64,000 nucleotides of DNA from an uncultured Holophagales bacterium (lineage in GTDB: Bacteria; Acidobacteriota; Thermoanaerobaculia; Multivoradales; UBA5704): assembly GCA_963842525.1 (NCBI GenBank), contig CAWJGT010000001.1:192001-256000 (forward strand), in the 5' to 3' direction. A program made the translations under genes and the position numbers. Each line of letters begins with the position of its first letter. The first letter of the stretch is position 1. Under the pieces are notes generated by a model. It made no database searches. It was given only the letters and a program-made list of their open reading frames with translations, and was not told the origin of the DNA. Below are positions 9,513 to 20,795 of the stretch, one piece after another.

Positions 9513-9791
9513 GTGGCCGCTTGGGATGAGCAGAAACGGCAAGCCAACCTCCGCAGCCACGGGCTGGATTTCGACGGATGCGAAGCGGTGTTCGACCATC
9601 CTGTCGTTACCCAGGAGGACTCCCGCATGGCCTACGGCGAGCAGCGGATCAACCTGCTCGGCTGGTTGCGCGATCGAGTCGTCCACATGACCTATACGGA
9701 GCGCGGGGAGGAGCTACACGTGATCTCCCTGCGGGAGGCAACCAAACATGAAGTCCGGTACTACTTCAAAGCCATTTCCGATGAAGCCTGA
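9513..9791 (+). CDS. brnT: BrnT family toxin (DUF497)
   Basis: WDEQKRQANLRSHGLDF...YGEQR...HVISLREATKHE. Confidence 0.92.
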   Translation: MAAWDEQKRQANLRSHGLDFDGCEAVFDHPVVTQEDSRMAYGEQRINLLGWLRDRVVHMTYTERGEELHVISLREATKHEVRYYFKAISDEA

Positions 9792-10068
9792 AGAAATCAC
9801 CTCTGCAATCGCGATGGCGCCGGAGCGAGTTGACGACCCGGAATGCCCTTATGACCCCAACGACCCTGCAGCAGTGGAGGCGTTTTGGAAGAACGCTACC
9901 GTGCTTCGACCCGGGCAGCGCGGACCGGGAAGAAGAGCCAAGAAGATCCTGCTCTCAGTGCGGTACAGCCCAGAGGTCGTAGAGTATTTCAAGTCAACTG
10001 GCGAAGGGTGGCAGACACGCATGGACGAGGCGCTCAAGGAATGGATGACATCTCATCGCGCGGAATGA
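9781..10068 (+). CDS. brnA: BrnA family antitoxin (DUF4415)
   Basis: RGP..K..LSVRYSPEVVEYFKSTGEGWQTRMDEALKEW; overlaps brnT. Confidence 0.92.
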   Translation: MKPEEITSAIAMAPERVDDPECPYDPNDPAAVEAFWKNATVLRPGQRGPGRRAKKILLSVRYSPEVVEYFKSTGEGWQTRMDEALKEWMTSHRAE

Positions 10069-10110
10069 TCGTTGTACTCAGTCGCGGTGGAGCATCCAGG
10101 TCTTGGCTGC

Positions 10111-10171
10111 GCCCAACGCCCTTCAAGCTGAGCGACCGGCGCAGCCGGATCGCTCCGGCGCGGGGTTAAAC
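10111..10171 (-). mobile_element. attC site
   Basis: Minus strand GTTTAAC (RYYYAAC, contains the DUF2442 TAA stop)-GCCGGAGCGA..TCGCTCAGC-GTTGGGC (GTTRRRY). Confidence 0.8.
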
Positions 10172-10405
10172 GGCCACTCGCACGTGCTCACGGAGAAACT
10201 CAGGAGCGAGATCGGCACCGTTCTCCCACCCCAGCGTGTGATAGGAAAGCGTGAAGCGCTTGAATAGCTCGACGTCCCGGAGAGGACCGAAGACCGGACC
10301 ATCCAGCTCTTCACTCAGATCGACCTCGCCACAAGTGCCATCGTTGAAACGCAACCAGACTATGTGGTCACGCACATACCGCGCTTCTAAGACATGCAGA
10401 AACAT
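10166..10405 (-). CDS. DUF2442 domain protein (putative antitoxin)
   Basis: VWLRFNDGTCGEVDL..L.GPVFGPLRD..LF...TLGWENGADLAPEFL. Confidence 0.9.
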   Translation of the reverse strand: MFLHVLEARYVRDHIVWLRFNDGTCGEVDLSEELDGPVFGPLRDVELFKRFTLSYHTLGWENGADLAPEFLREHVRVAV

Positions 10406-10408
10406 AAG

Positions 10409-10547
10409 CTACTCCAGCGGGTTAATCGGCTTCAGCGGAAGCTTGTGCTGCGCGAGCCGCCAGTCTTCCGCAAGCTACTCCTGACTCGATCTCAACGGTA
10501 ACCTCGAACTCCCCGTACTCCGCGTGGAAGTGACCTGGAGCATGATC
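10409..10547 (-). pseudogene. DUF4160 remnant (5' truncated, internal deletion)
   Basis: DHAPGHFHAEYGEFEVTVEIESG...EDWRLAQHKLPLKPINPLE*. Confidence 0.8.
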
Positions 10548-10772
10548 CCGCCCCGAAGGGGCAAAGGCGTAAAGCCTGGGGTTTCAACCCCAGGACCGCG
10601 ACCCAATCCAATCCTCAGCCCCGAAGGGGCGACGGCATGGGCGAGGGGCGCGAGCCCCGCTGTCGGGTGGCTGGTGGAGAATGCCTGCGCCCCTTCAGGG
10701 CTCCCAGGAAATTTGGGGGCGCCAACCTGGCGCTGAAGCGCCAGGCTTTATGCCCAGGCCCCTTCGGGGCCT
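10548..10772. repeat. REP-like cluster of GCCCCGAAGGGGC palindromes in inverted arrangement
   Basis: Four GCCCC(G/TTC)..GGGC cores, with CCTGGGGTTTCAACCCCAGG and CCTGGCGCTGAAGCGCCAGG hairpins. Confidence 0.8.
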
Positions 10773-10952
10773 CCCAACCGAAGCCGAGCGAATCTGACAA
10801 AGTAGAATTAGCCGGTACAGATAACATCCTCTGCCGTAGACACGCCTTTCCACGCCGTCCGAGCTCATCCGTGCCGCTGCAAGCTTATCTGGAGAAGATA
10901 CCGAAATCGTGCCGGGAGAGCACCGGTTGAACCCGCTTTGCCAAGCCGGGAC

Positions 10953-12494
<1,542 letters not shown>

Positions 12495-12560
12495 GGATCA
12501 GATCTCTCCTGGTGGGGGAATTCCTGGGCTCGGGACAAGAAAGCATATCGTAGAACCGCG

Positions 12561-14546
12561 ATGGTCCGCTTCGTCCCTGCTCTATTGCTTGTTTTTACGG
12601 CCGCCTGGTGCGGCACGCAGGATGGGGGTGCGACGTTCGCCGGCAGCGCCACGGCAGCGGCCTCGCTTCTTGCAGTCCTTGTCTGGAAGGGCTGCTCCTG
12701 GCGCGATCCCCTGCGGCTCGGCAGGGCCGGCCGCTGGCTGTTGCCAGCCCTGTGGGTGGCTGCTGCGCTGAGCGCCTGGGCCTCCCCCGTCCCCCGGGCC
12801 GGGCTGGGCGGCCTGATCCTCCTGCCGGCCTTCTTCGGGCTGCCGGATGCGATTGCCCGCTGCTGGCCCGGCGAAGCGCAGAGGAGGCAGGGGATCCGGG
12901 CGGTCTCGGGGTTGGTCGGCGCGATCGCCCTGTGGGCCCTTCTCGGCGTGATCCTGGGGGATACACCCCGCGCCGCCTTGCCGCTCGGCCATCACAATCT
13001 GCTCGCCGCCTGGCTGGTGATCACGCTGCCGTTGGCCGTGCTGCCGGCCCGGGAGCGCGGGCCTTGGCGCCTCCTGGGAATCGGGAGCGGCCTGCTGGGC
13101 ATCGCGGCGGTGCTGGCGAGCCGGTCGCTGCTCGGGGGCGCCGCCCTGGCCGTCGAGGTCGTTGGCGCCGCATTCATCCTCCGCCGGCGGTCGTGGGGAA
13201 GGGCGTTGCTGGGGGTCGTTGCCCTTTCCTTGGTCCTTGTCCTCGTGCTCCAGGGGCCACGGCTTCTACGGATCGCGGCAGGAGAGGACAGCTCGTCCCA
13301 GGCGCGCGCGGTCTATGCGGAAGCGGGGTGGAGAGGCTTCCTGGCCCGGCCGCTCGTGGGCTGGGGACCGGGCTCGGCCGGTTGGACGGCCGCCCTGTTC
13401 CTGGCTCCCCGGCCCGGGGTCAACCCCTGGGGAGAGGCGGTCGGCGAGCTCCACTCGCTCCCCCTCCAGCTCGCCTACGAGCTGGGCCTCGCCGGCCTTC
13501 TGCCCGCCCTGGGAGCCGTCGGGCTTTTCCTCCGGCGGCGGTTCCGCGAGCGGCGGGAGGCGGCCGACCCCGCCCTGCTCGCGGCGGGGCTGCTCGGGCT
13601 TGCGGGGGCCGCGATCGCGGCGCTCGGCACGGCCGCCCTCCACGTGCTGGCGCTCCCGGTGGCCGCGGCCGTCGCTGCCGGGGCCTGCCTGGCCGCACGG
13701 TCTGGAGATGCAGCCGGGGAGAGCGCCGTGCCGGTGCGCGTCTACGCCCTCGCGGCCGTCCTGGCCCTCGCGCCGCTGCTGGCCGCGCAGAGGAGCTACG
13801 ACCGGGCGGTCGCCGCCGACCTGTCCGGCGACCGGGACCAGGCCCGGCAGGCGCTCGCGCAGGCGGTTCGGCTCGATCCCGCCTTCCCCCTGTACCGCAT
13901 GCGGCTGGCTCTACTTCGGGGGACTGAGGCGGCCGAGCTGGCGCGGCGGGCGGCCGAGGATGGGCATGCGGTGGCCGCGGCGTGGACCGTGGCCGGCATC
14001 CTGGGCGAGGCGGAGGGCCGTCCCTGGGCTCCGGCCGCCCTGCAGACCGCCTGCTCGCTGGACCCTCTCGCCCCCTTCCCGCCGTTCTACCGGATGCTCG
14101 CCGATCCCGCCGCGCCCGAAGCCGCCCGCCACGGAGCGCACGCCCTGCTCGCCGAGCCCCGGCTGGCTGCGGCGGTGTTCTGGAAGCGGCATCCGGACCT
14201 CTTCACGCGCGCCCTCGAGGAGGTCCGCACCTGGCCGGGTGTCGATCCGGGTTGGAAAGAGGCCCTGCTCGCCTCCGCCCCCGCGCCGGGAATGCCGGGA
14301 GACGAGGGCGAGCGCGCCCGCCTCGCCCTGGAGATCGACGCCGAGCGCAGCACCTCGCTCTCCCTCTTCCTCTTTCATCGCCGGCCGTGGCCGGCCCAGT
14401 GGCCGCTCGTCGCGGTCGCGCGAGGCGCGCTGGAGCGCCTCGATCTGCCGGCCGCGACGGCGCTCGCGACCACCGCCCCGTCGGCCTTCACAGCGTTCGT
14501 CTGCCGTCCCCGGTCAGTCCCTGAGCGCCCCCTGCCCACCCGCTGA
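12561..14546 (+). CDS. O-antigen ligase-like membrane protein with C-terminal TPR-like region
   Basis: GHHNLLAA, SR, RPLVGWGPG, LHSLPLQLAYELGLAG motifs; many TM segments. Confidence 0.8.
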   Translation: MVRFVPALLLVFTAAWCGTQDGGATFAGSATAAASLLAVLVWKGCSWRDPLRLGRAGRWLLPALWVAAALSAWASPVPRAGLGGLILLPAFFGLPDAIARCWPGEAQRRQGIRAVSGLVGAIALWALLGVILGDTPRAALPLGHHNLLAAWLVITLPLAVLPARERGPWRLLGIGSGLLGIAAVLASRSLLGGAALAVEVVGAAFILRRRSWGRALLGVVALSLVLVLVLQGPRLLRIAAGEDSSSQARAVYAEAGWRGFLARPLVGWGPGSAGWTAALFLAPRPGVNPWGEAVGELHSLPLQLAYELGLAGLLPALGAVGLFLRRRFRERREAADPALLAAGLLGLAGAAIAALGTAALHVLALPVAAAVAAGACLAARSGDAAGESAVPVRVYALAAVLALAPLLAAQRSYDRAVAADLSGDRDQARQALAQAVRLDPAFPLYRMRLALLRGTEAAELARRAAEDGHAVAAAWTVAGILGEAEGRPWAPAALQTACSLDPLAPFPPFYRMLADPAAPEAARHGAHALLAEPRLAAAVFWKRHPDLFTRALEEVRTWPGVDPGWKEALLASAPAPGMPGDEGERARLALEIDAERSTSLSLFLFHRRPWPAQWPLVAVARGALERLDLPAATALATTAPSAFTAFVCRPRSVPERPLPTR

Positions 14547-14840
14547 GCGCTCTCCCGGAGGGAGCCCGAATCTCCACAACCTCTGTGGAAAACCCTGTGG
14601 GAAAGTGCCTGGCGGAGGGCCGGAAAACGCGGTACCACAGGGGTTTGGTCCTCTTTGCCCAGATTTTTGTGCAACCAAGTTAAGTCGTTTGGAATGAGAA
14701 GTTTGAAAAATTAGGTCCGCTTGATGATTGACGTTTTGTGACGGCACACCCCTCGCGGGAGTGACATTTTTTCCCCCAGACGGAGAGGCGAATTTCAAGC
14801 GCAAGTTTTCCGCAGGCCGAAGCCTGGGGGAGGGGGTCGA

Positions 14841-15981
14841 TCAGCCGTAGATCTTGCCGACGAACGGGCCGGCCATGAACTCCTGCGCGTCGATCTGGCT
14901 CTGCAGGCAGACGCCCTGGAGGCCCCTTTCGAGGAGGAGCCGCGCCGACTCGGCGAGCCCGGCGGAGGTGGTCGACTGGATGGCTTTCAACCGGTGGCCG
15001 GCGATCTCGATGGGACGCACCACCTTCGAGGCTCTCATGCCGCCGGAGCACGCCGTCCGGATCGCGGCCCTCGACCGCGGCGAAGATCACCACCAGGTCG
15101 TCGTTGTCGACCAGCGGGACCGTCTCGAGCATCCGCCGGTGGAGGTACTCGATCTGATCGACCCCTGCGGGCGCTTCGGCCAGCAGCGCCTTCACCCAGG
15201 CGTAGTGGCCGGGGTAGCGGAGGGTCTTGTAGTCCAGGTTCCGGACGCGTCCCTGGAGGGCGGTCGGGAGGTCTGCCGCCCCCCCGGAGGTCAGCGCCTC
15301 CTCGTAGAGGACGCCGTTGATCAGGATCGGGCGGACGCCTTCGAGCGACGGGACGGCGATCGTCTCGAAGTCCTGCACCACGCGCGAGGGTTGGACGTAC
15401 TCCGTCGCCACGCCGATCGTGCTCCAGGTGAAGGCGTAGTAGTGGGGCGGCTCGGCCACCGAGGTCAGGGCTCCCACCCGCATAGCGATCCGGTCGACCG
15501 ACGAGACCCCGTGCTGGCGGCAGAAATCCTGGAAGAGCCGGTGCGCCAGGACGTTGACGAAACCGGGGGCAAGGCCGGTCTGGAGGATGTAGCCCTGCTC
15601 GGCGCCCGCGGCGATGCGCTGGATCTCCTCCGTCTCCTCGACGTGCTCGGTGAGGTTGGCATAGTGCAGCCGGTGCCGGCGGGCGAGGCCGGCCATGCGG
15701 GGCGCCTCCTCACCCGGCAGGCAGTCGAGGAGGATGTCCGCGTCGTCCAGCACGCGCTCGAGCTCCGGCCCCGAGCCGTCGGCCGGCAGGTGGAAGGGCT
15801 CGACAGGGTCATCCTGGGAGGAGCCGCTGCGGATCCAGTCGACGGCCTCCCGGGCGGCCTCGTCCCGGGCGTCGCCGATGTGGAGGGCCATCCGCGCGTC
15901 CCAGAGCTCGCGCAGGAGCAGGCCGGTCGCCCTTCCCATGCCGCCGGCTCCCGCGATGACGATCTTGTAGGGTCTGCTCAT
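14841..15981 (-). CDS. Saccharopine dehydrogenase / lysine 6-dehydrogenase family, frameshift near 15037
   Basis: IAGAGGMG, TGLAPG, YAFTWSTIGVATEY, TSGG, YKTLRYPGH; C-terminus AIQSTTSAG is in another frame. Confidence 0.88.
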
Positions 15982-16121
15982 GCTCGCACACAATCGAGCC
16001 CGGCCCCTCGTCCCGACTGGTCCGGACCCGCCTCTCGCTGTCTCTCGCGGTGGGAGATGACTGAGAATGGGGACGTTGCCCCCGAAAGCCGGGGCATCCT
16101 AGCACCCGCCGTCCCGAGGGG

Positions 16122-17300
16122 TCAACGAACCGGGTCGGGCACCCTCCGGCGCACCACCTGGCCGGCCATGGCCGTGCGGTTGCGGCCGGTCTCCTTGGCG
16201 ACGTACATGGCCGCGTCCGCCAGCCGCAGCAGGGCGCTCTTCATGTCCTCCAGGGACAGGTCGTCGGCCAGGTGGCGCCGCAGGGTGGCGACGCCGATCG
16301 AGCAGGTCTGCCCCTTGAGGTGCAGGGCCTCGGGCTGGATCTCGCCCGGCTGGGAGCAGAAGGTGGTGCCGATCACCCGGTCCCGGATCTCTTCGGCGAC
16401 GTCGATGGCGGTCTCCAGGTCGCACCCCGGGAGCAGCAGCACGAACTCGTCGCCGCCGTAGCGGGCCGGGATGCCGTTGCGCTTGGCCACCGAGGAGCGC
16501 AGGAGGTGGCCGACCTCGCGCAGGACCTGGCTGCCCGCCAGATGGCCGTGCGCGTCGTTGACCCGCTTGAAGTAGTCGAGGTCGATGAAGAGCACGGCGA
16601 GGTCCTGCTCCTCGGCCTGGCAGCGGCGGATGGTCTCCGACAGCGCGATGTGCAGGTAGCGGTCGTTGTAGAGGCCGGTCAGGTTGTCGCGCTTGGCGAT
16701 CTCCTGCGCCTGCCGGCCGTCGAGCACGTTCTGGATGGAGATCGAGATGTAGCCGGCGAAGATCTCCAGGAGGTTGCGGTCCTCGCGGCTGTAGTCGGGG
16801 GCGTCGGTGCGGTTGATCAGCTCCAGGACGCCGCAGACCTCCTGCTCGATCCGGATGGGGACGGCGATCAGCGAGTGGGTCTGATACCTCGTCTCCTCGT
16901 CCATCTGGCGGTAGAAGAACCGGTCGGTCGGGGCGTTCGAGGTGACATAGGTCTCGCCGGTCAGATAGACGCGCCCGGCGATCCCCTGGTCGGCCGGGAT
17001 CGTCCGGCCCACCAGGCCGGTCGACTTGTCCCCGAAGGCGGCGATGAAGGTCAGGAGGTTCTTGCGCCGGTCTTCCTGCTTCTCGGCCGGGTTGTCGAGC
17101 AGGATCGATCCTGCCGCCGAGGGGACGAAGCCGTTGGCCCGGCGCAGGACCTCGAGCAGGTTCTCCGCCAAGCTGAGCTCCAGGGGGAAGACGGGGGTGG
17201 CCCGCCTCCGCTCGAGGAAACGGACGAGCTGGATGTGGTCGAGGCTGTGGCACTCGATCGCCGTAGGCAGTCCGGGAGCGGGTTGTTCGGACCTCTTCAA
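16122..17300 (-). CDS. GAF-sensor diguanylate cyclase
   Basis: GAF (GIAGRV, SLIAVPI, GVLELIN) plus DNLTGLYN, FKRVND.HGH, RYGGDEF. Confidence 0.93.
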   Translation of the reverse strand: MKRSEQPAPGLPTAIECHSLDHIQLVRFLERRRATPVFPLELSLAENLLEVLRRANGFVPSAAGSILLDNPAEKQEDRRKNLLTFIAAFGDKSTGLVGRTIPADQGIAGRVYLTGETYVTSNAPTDRFFYRQMDEETRYQTHSLIAVPIRIEQEVCGVLELINRTDAPDYSREDRNLLEIFAGYISISIQNVLDGRQAQEIAKRDNLTGLYNDRYLHIALSETIRRCQAEEQDLAVLFIDLDYFKRVNDAHGHLAGSQVLREVGHLLRSSVAKRNGIPARYGGDEFVLLLPGCDLETAIDVAEEIRDRVIGTTFCSQPGEIQPEALHLKGQTCSIGVATLRRHLADDLSLEDMKSALLRLADAAMYVAKETGRNRTAMAGQVVRRRVPDPVR

Positions 17301-17333
17301 GACGGTGCTCCTGCGGCGGCGCTCGTCACGGCG

Positions 17334-18137
17334 TCACCGGGTCGATCGATGTAGTGTCCCCTCCGTCCGGGAACCCATGCGCGCTGGACCGGCAGTGCTG
17401 ACGATACCAGAACTTCCGGTACGGCGGAATGCGGGATCCACCAGACCGACCGCCTCCGCCGGGCACCGCTGGTCTTCGCGGCCCAGGACGCGCCACCCGT
17501 CTTCCGCCGCGGGCAGCACCCAGAGCTCGCTGCCGGCCGGGAGGCTGGCTTCGACGCCGGCGCAGTCGCGGAGCAGCACGGCGGCGCGCGGGCCGCGCAG
17601 GAGCAGGAGCATCCCTGCGAGGAAGGTGACGCAGGAGAGGAGGGCGAGCGAGATCGTCAGCCCCTGCCGGACGGCGAGGGAGACGCGCGGCGGGAGCGGC
17701 ACCAGGAGCAGCGCGAGGGCCGCCCAGGCGAGACAGGCGCCGGCGAGCACCATCCGGCGGCGGTTCTCCAGCCAGAAGCCCCAACCGGACGGGGAGCTCT
17801 CCGGCTCTACCACCCCGCCAGACACCCCGAGCTGCTGCCGGACCAGCTCCAGGTTGTCCTTCAGCCAGGGGTCCCGGCCGAGCGAGCCCTCGGCCCGGCG
17901 GTACCAGAGGAGAGCTTCGGGCAGCCGGCCGAGGTGGTGCGCGGTCGTCCCCAGGTTGTAGGCCAGGAGGGGGTCCGATCCGTCGTAGCCCGCGGCATAG
18001 ACCTCCAGGGCCTCTTCGAGATCCCCGTTCCGGAACAGGCGGTTGCCCTCGCGCAGGGCCGAGGAGGCATCCGTGGCGCCGGGGGGCGCCGCGCCCGTGA
18101 CGAGCAGGAGGGCGAGCCAGAGAGGGGCCGCTCGCAT
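17334..18137 (-). CDS. BatE-like TPR membrane protein
   Basis: Signal peptide, TPR (YNLG), two TM segments; last gene of the Bat operon. Confidence 0.75.
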   Translation of the reverse strand: MRAAPLWLALLLVTGAAPPGATDASSALREGNRLFRNGDLEEALEVYAAGYDGSDPLLAYNLGTTAHHLGRLPEALLWYRRAEGSLGRDPWLKDNLELVRQQLGVSGGVVEPESSPSGWGFWLENRRRMVLAGACLAWAALALLLVPLPPRVSLAVRQGLTISLALLSCVTFLAGMLLLLRGPRAAVLLRDCAGVEASLPAGSELWVLPAAEDGWRVLGREDQRCPAEAVGLVDPAFRRTGSSGIVSTAGPARMGSRTEGTLHRSTR

Positions 18138-18144
18138 CGCGGCC

Positions 18145-19977
18145 TCACCGCAGCCGCTGCAGGAGCCGGCGGGAGCGGGAGACCGCCTCCGAGATCAGGT
18201 CCCCGGTCGCCGAGAGCTGCGGCGCATAACGGAGGTAGTGGAGGTCGTCGGCCAGACGGACGAGCTCCTCGGCCGCGGCCGGGTCGGCGCTACGGGCTAC
18301 CAGCAGCTCGCGCCAGCGGGTCGAGGGGGTCCCGGGCGGGATGTCCCACCGCGCGGCCAGGTGCTCGCGCCAGACCTCCTCGATGCGCGCTGCGGCCTGC
18401 CGTGGCCGGCTCTCGGCCGCCGCCTCGCCGAGCTTGCGGTCGAGCCCGTGCAGGGATGGCCGCGCCGTCGCCGTCGCCGCCGTCGCTCCCGTCGCCTCCG
18501 TCGCAGACACCGCCGGGTGGCGCCGCCGCGCCAGGGTGACGACCAGGGCGATCCCCCACGGCAGCGCGAACAGCCAGGGGAGCGTCCGGTCCCAGGAGAG
18601 CAGTCCGCTGACAGGGGTCAGGGCGGCGCTGCGGATCGGGTGGGGCTCGCCTTTCGCCGTCGGGCCGGAGATCCGCGGCAGGGCGCGGATCGCGAGCGGC
18701 GGCACCGCGGCGCGGCGGTATTGCCGGCTCTGGGGATCGAAGTAGGAGATCTCCGGCACCTGCAGCTCGATCCGGCCGGCCCGGTCGGGGACGACCACGT
18801 AGCTCCAGGTACGCTTGCCCTGGAGCACCGTCCCGGCGAATTTCTCGTCCCCCTGCTGCTGGGGCGGATGGACGGTCAGGCCCGGCGGCGCGTCGATTTG
18901 CGGCTCCGGCACGGTCTGCAGATTGCCCTGGCCGGAGAGCGTCACCGTCAGCGTGGCCGCCTCGCCCATGTGGAGCTCGGGCGGCTCGACGTGTGCAGCG
19001 AGCGACATCCGGCCGACCGCGCCGCCGAAGCCGGCCGGCGCCGGAGGGAGCGGCTGGACGTCCACCGAAACCGGGTTGGTCCGCAGGCGGGCCTGCTCGG
19101 GCCGCGCCAGCGGAGGACCGAAGAAGCGCCGCTCGAGGACGCGCACCAGGAGGTCCATCTCGGTCGGCTCGAGCGTGCTCCGCCCGGCGCGCAGCGGGAA
19201 GATGGCGCGCTGGAGCAGGGGCATCCGCCCGTACCGCTGGCCGCCGACGTCGACCATCTCGGTCGTCAGGCGCTGCGGCAGCGGGAGGTCGCGCACCCAG
19301 AACCCCCGGAAGGTGGGCAGCTCGCGCGGCTGGACGGAGCTCACGTCGTCGCGCGTGTAGAGATAGACCGTGTAGACCGCCTGCTGGCCGACGAACGGCC
19401 GCTCCGGCTCGACGGTGGCGCGGAGGAACACCGCGGGATCGCGCGGGGCCGGGCGCCAGGGGGGCCGAATGCGGCCGAAGAGCTGCTCGAAGGGGTCCGT
19501 GGCGTGGTCCCGCGGATCACTGCCGAGGCCGGTCGGCTCTTCCTGGACCGAGACCTCGCGGTCCCGCAGGCGCACGGTCTCGTCGCGCATCCGCAGGACC
19601 ACCGAGCGTACCCGTGCCTTGCCGGTGGTGACGGGGCGCAGCCGCCACGAGATGCGGGACGCGCTGGAGAGGGCGCCATTGACGAGACGGAAGTCATCGG
19701 ACTGATAGGGGCCGCCGACGACCTCAAAGTTCTCCAGCTCGAAGGAAGGGCGGAAGCGCAGCCGCCCGAGGCCGTTGCTGCGGACCTCGATGGTGAAGGA
19801 GACCGTCTCGTCGATGCCGATCACCTCCGGCTCCAGGGCCGCCTTCACGATCACCTCGCCGGCGTGGCCGGGCACGGCGAGGACCGTCAGCAACACGAGA
19901 AGGAGGGCGAGCGTCCCCCCTCTCCCGGCGGGGGGTGGAAGGGAGACGGGAGAGGGGGCCAGGGGGTGAGGTTTCAC
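18145..19977 (-). CDS. batD: BatD family protein (N-terminus derived from a palindromic repeat)
   Basis: FGGAVG, LTVTLSGQGNL, YFDP motifs; GTGA overlap with the upstream stop. Confidence 0.85.
   Translation of the reverse strand: MKPHPLAPSPVSLPPPAGRGGTLALLLVLLTVLAVPGHAGEVIVKAALEPEVIGIDETVSFTIEVRSNGLGRLRFRPSFELENFEVVGGPYQSDDFRLVNGALSSASRISWRLRPVTTGKARVRSVVLRMRDETVRLRDREVSVQEEPTGLGSDPRDHATDPFEQLFGRIRPPWRPAPRDPAVFLRATVEPERPFVGQQAVYTVYLYTRDDVSSVQPRELPTFRGFWVRDLPLPQRLTTEMVDVGGQRYGRMPLLQRAIFPLRAGRSTLEPTEMDLLVRVLERRFFGPPLARPEQARLRTNPVSVDVQPLPPAPAGFGGAVGRMSLAAHVEPPELHMGEAATLTVTLSGQGNLQTVPEPQIDAPPGLTVHPPQQQGDEKFAGTVLQGKRTWSYVVVPDRAGRIELQVPEISYFDPQSRQYRRAAVPPLAIRALPRISGPTAKGEPHPIRSAALTPVSGLLSWDRTLPWLFALPWGIALVVTLARRRHPAVSATEATGATAATATARPSLHGLDRKLGEAAAESRPRQAAARIEEVWREHLAARWDIPPGTPSTRWRELLVARSADPAAAEELVRLADDLHYLRYAPQLSATGDLISEAVSRSRRLLQRLR
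19914..19972 (-). repeat. CCCTCTCCC/GGGAGAGGG repeat in frame in the batD N-terminus
   Basis: Encodes PHPLAPSPVSLPPPAGRGG. Confidence 0.85.
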
Positions 19978-20795
19978 CAGTCCTTCCCCTGAACGGCCTT
20001 CTGGCGGGACCGCTTGGCCGCCTGCTGGCGCCGCTGCTGGCGCTCGAGGTTCTCGACGGCCTGGAGGAGGGCCGCCGCTTCCCGTGCGTTCATGTCCGGC
20101 TGGTTCTGGAAGCGCGGGGCTTGCGAGCCCTGGCCTCCCTGCTGCGGAGGCTGCTGTCCCTGGCCTTGCGACTTGTCCTGCCGGTCGCCGGGCTCGTTCG
20201 ACCGGCTGGGGTCCTTCTGTGGCGAGCCCTGGTCGCCGCCGCGGCCCGAGGGTTGCCTCTGCCCCTGCGGGCGCCGGCCGCGCGAGCCCTCGCCCGGACC
20301 CCGCATCCGCTGCTTCTGCTTCTCGCGCTCGCGCAGGGCGAGCTCGAGGTTGTGCTTGGCGTCCGCATCGCCGGCGGTCCTGCGGAGCGTCTGCTTGTAG
20401 GCCTCGACCGCTCCGGCGGCGTCGCCTGAAGCGAGGCGCGAATTGCCGAGGTTGTACCAGGCCGCCGGGGCGAGCTCCGGATCGGCCCCGCGCACCGACT
20501 TCTCGAGCTGTCTGATGGCCCGCCGCCCATGGCGGGCCGCGAGGTGCGCCGTGCCGTTGTTGAACTGGGCCCGCGGATCCTCGGGTGCGATCCGCAGCGC
20601 CGTGTCCGCCAGGTCCGCCGCCTCGTCCATCTCGTCCTTTTCGTAGGCTTCGATCGCCTTGCCGGTCCGCTCGCGCGGGTTGTACAGCCAGCGCTCGGCC
20701 CAGGCAGGGAGGTGTGGCTTCCATGGCAGGGCAGGCAGGGAGGGCAAGGCGGCCCAGCCGGCGAGCAGGAGAATGGGGACGATCTTAGGAGACAT
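19974..20795 (-). CDS. BatC-like TPR protein
   Basis: AWYNLGNS, YKQTLR, AKHNLELA, Q-rich linker, ends KDW. Confidence 0.85.
   Translation of the reverse strand: MSPKIVPILLLAGWAALPSLPALPWKPHLPAWAERWLYNPRERTGKAIEAYEKDEMDEAADLADTALRIAPEDPRAQFNNGTAHLAARHGRRAIRQLEKSVRGADPELAPAAWYNLGNSRLASGDAAGAVEAYKQTLRRTAGDADAKHNLELALREREKQKQRMRGPGEGSRGRRPQGQRQPSGRGGDQGSPQKDPSRSNEPGDRQDKSQGQGQQPPQQGGQGSQAPRFQNQPDMNAREAAALLQAVENLERQQRRQQAAKRSRQKAVQGKDW

Noticed and set aside
5941-10952. Prophage or integrase-encoding island
   Set aside because: No integrase, phage or conjugation genes recognisable.
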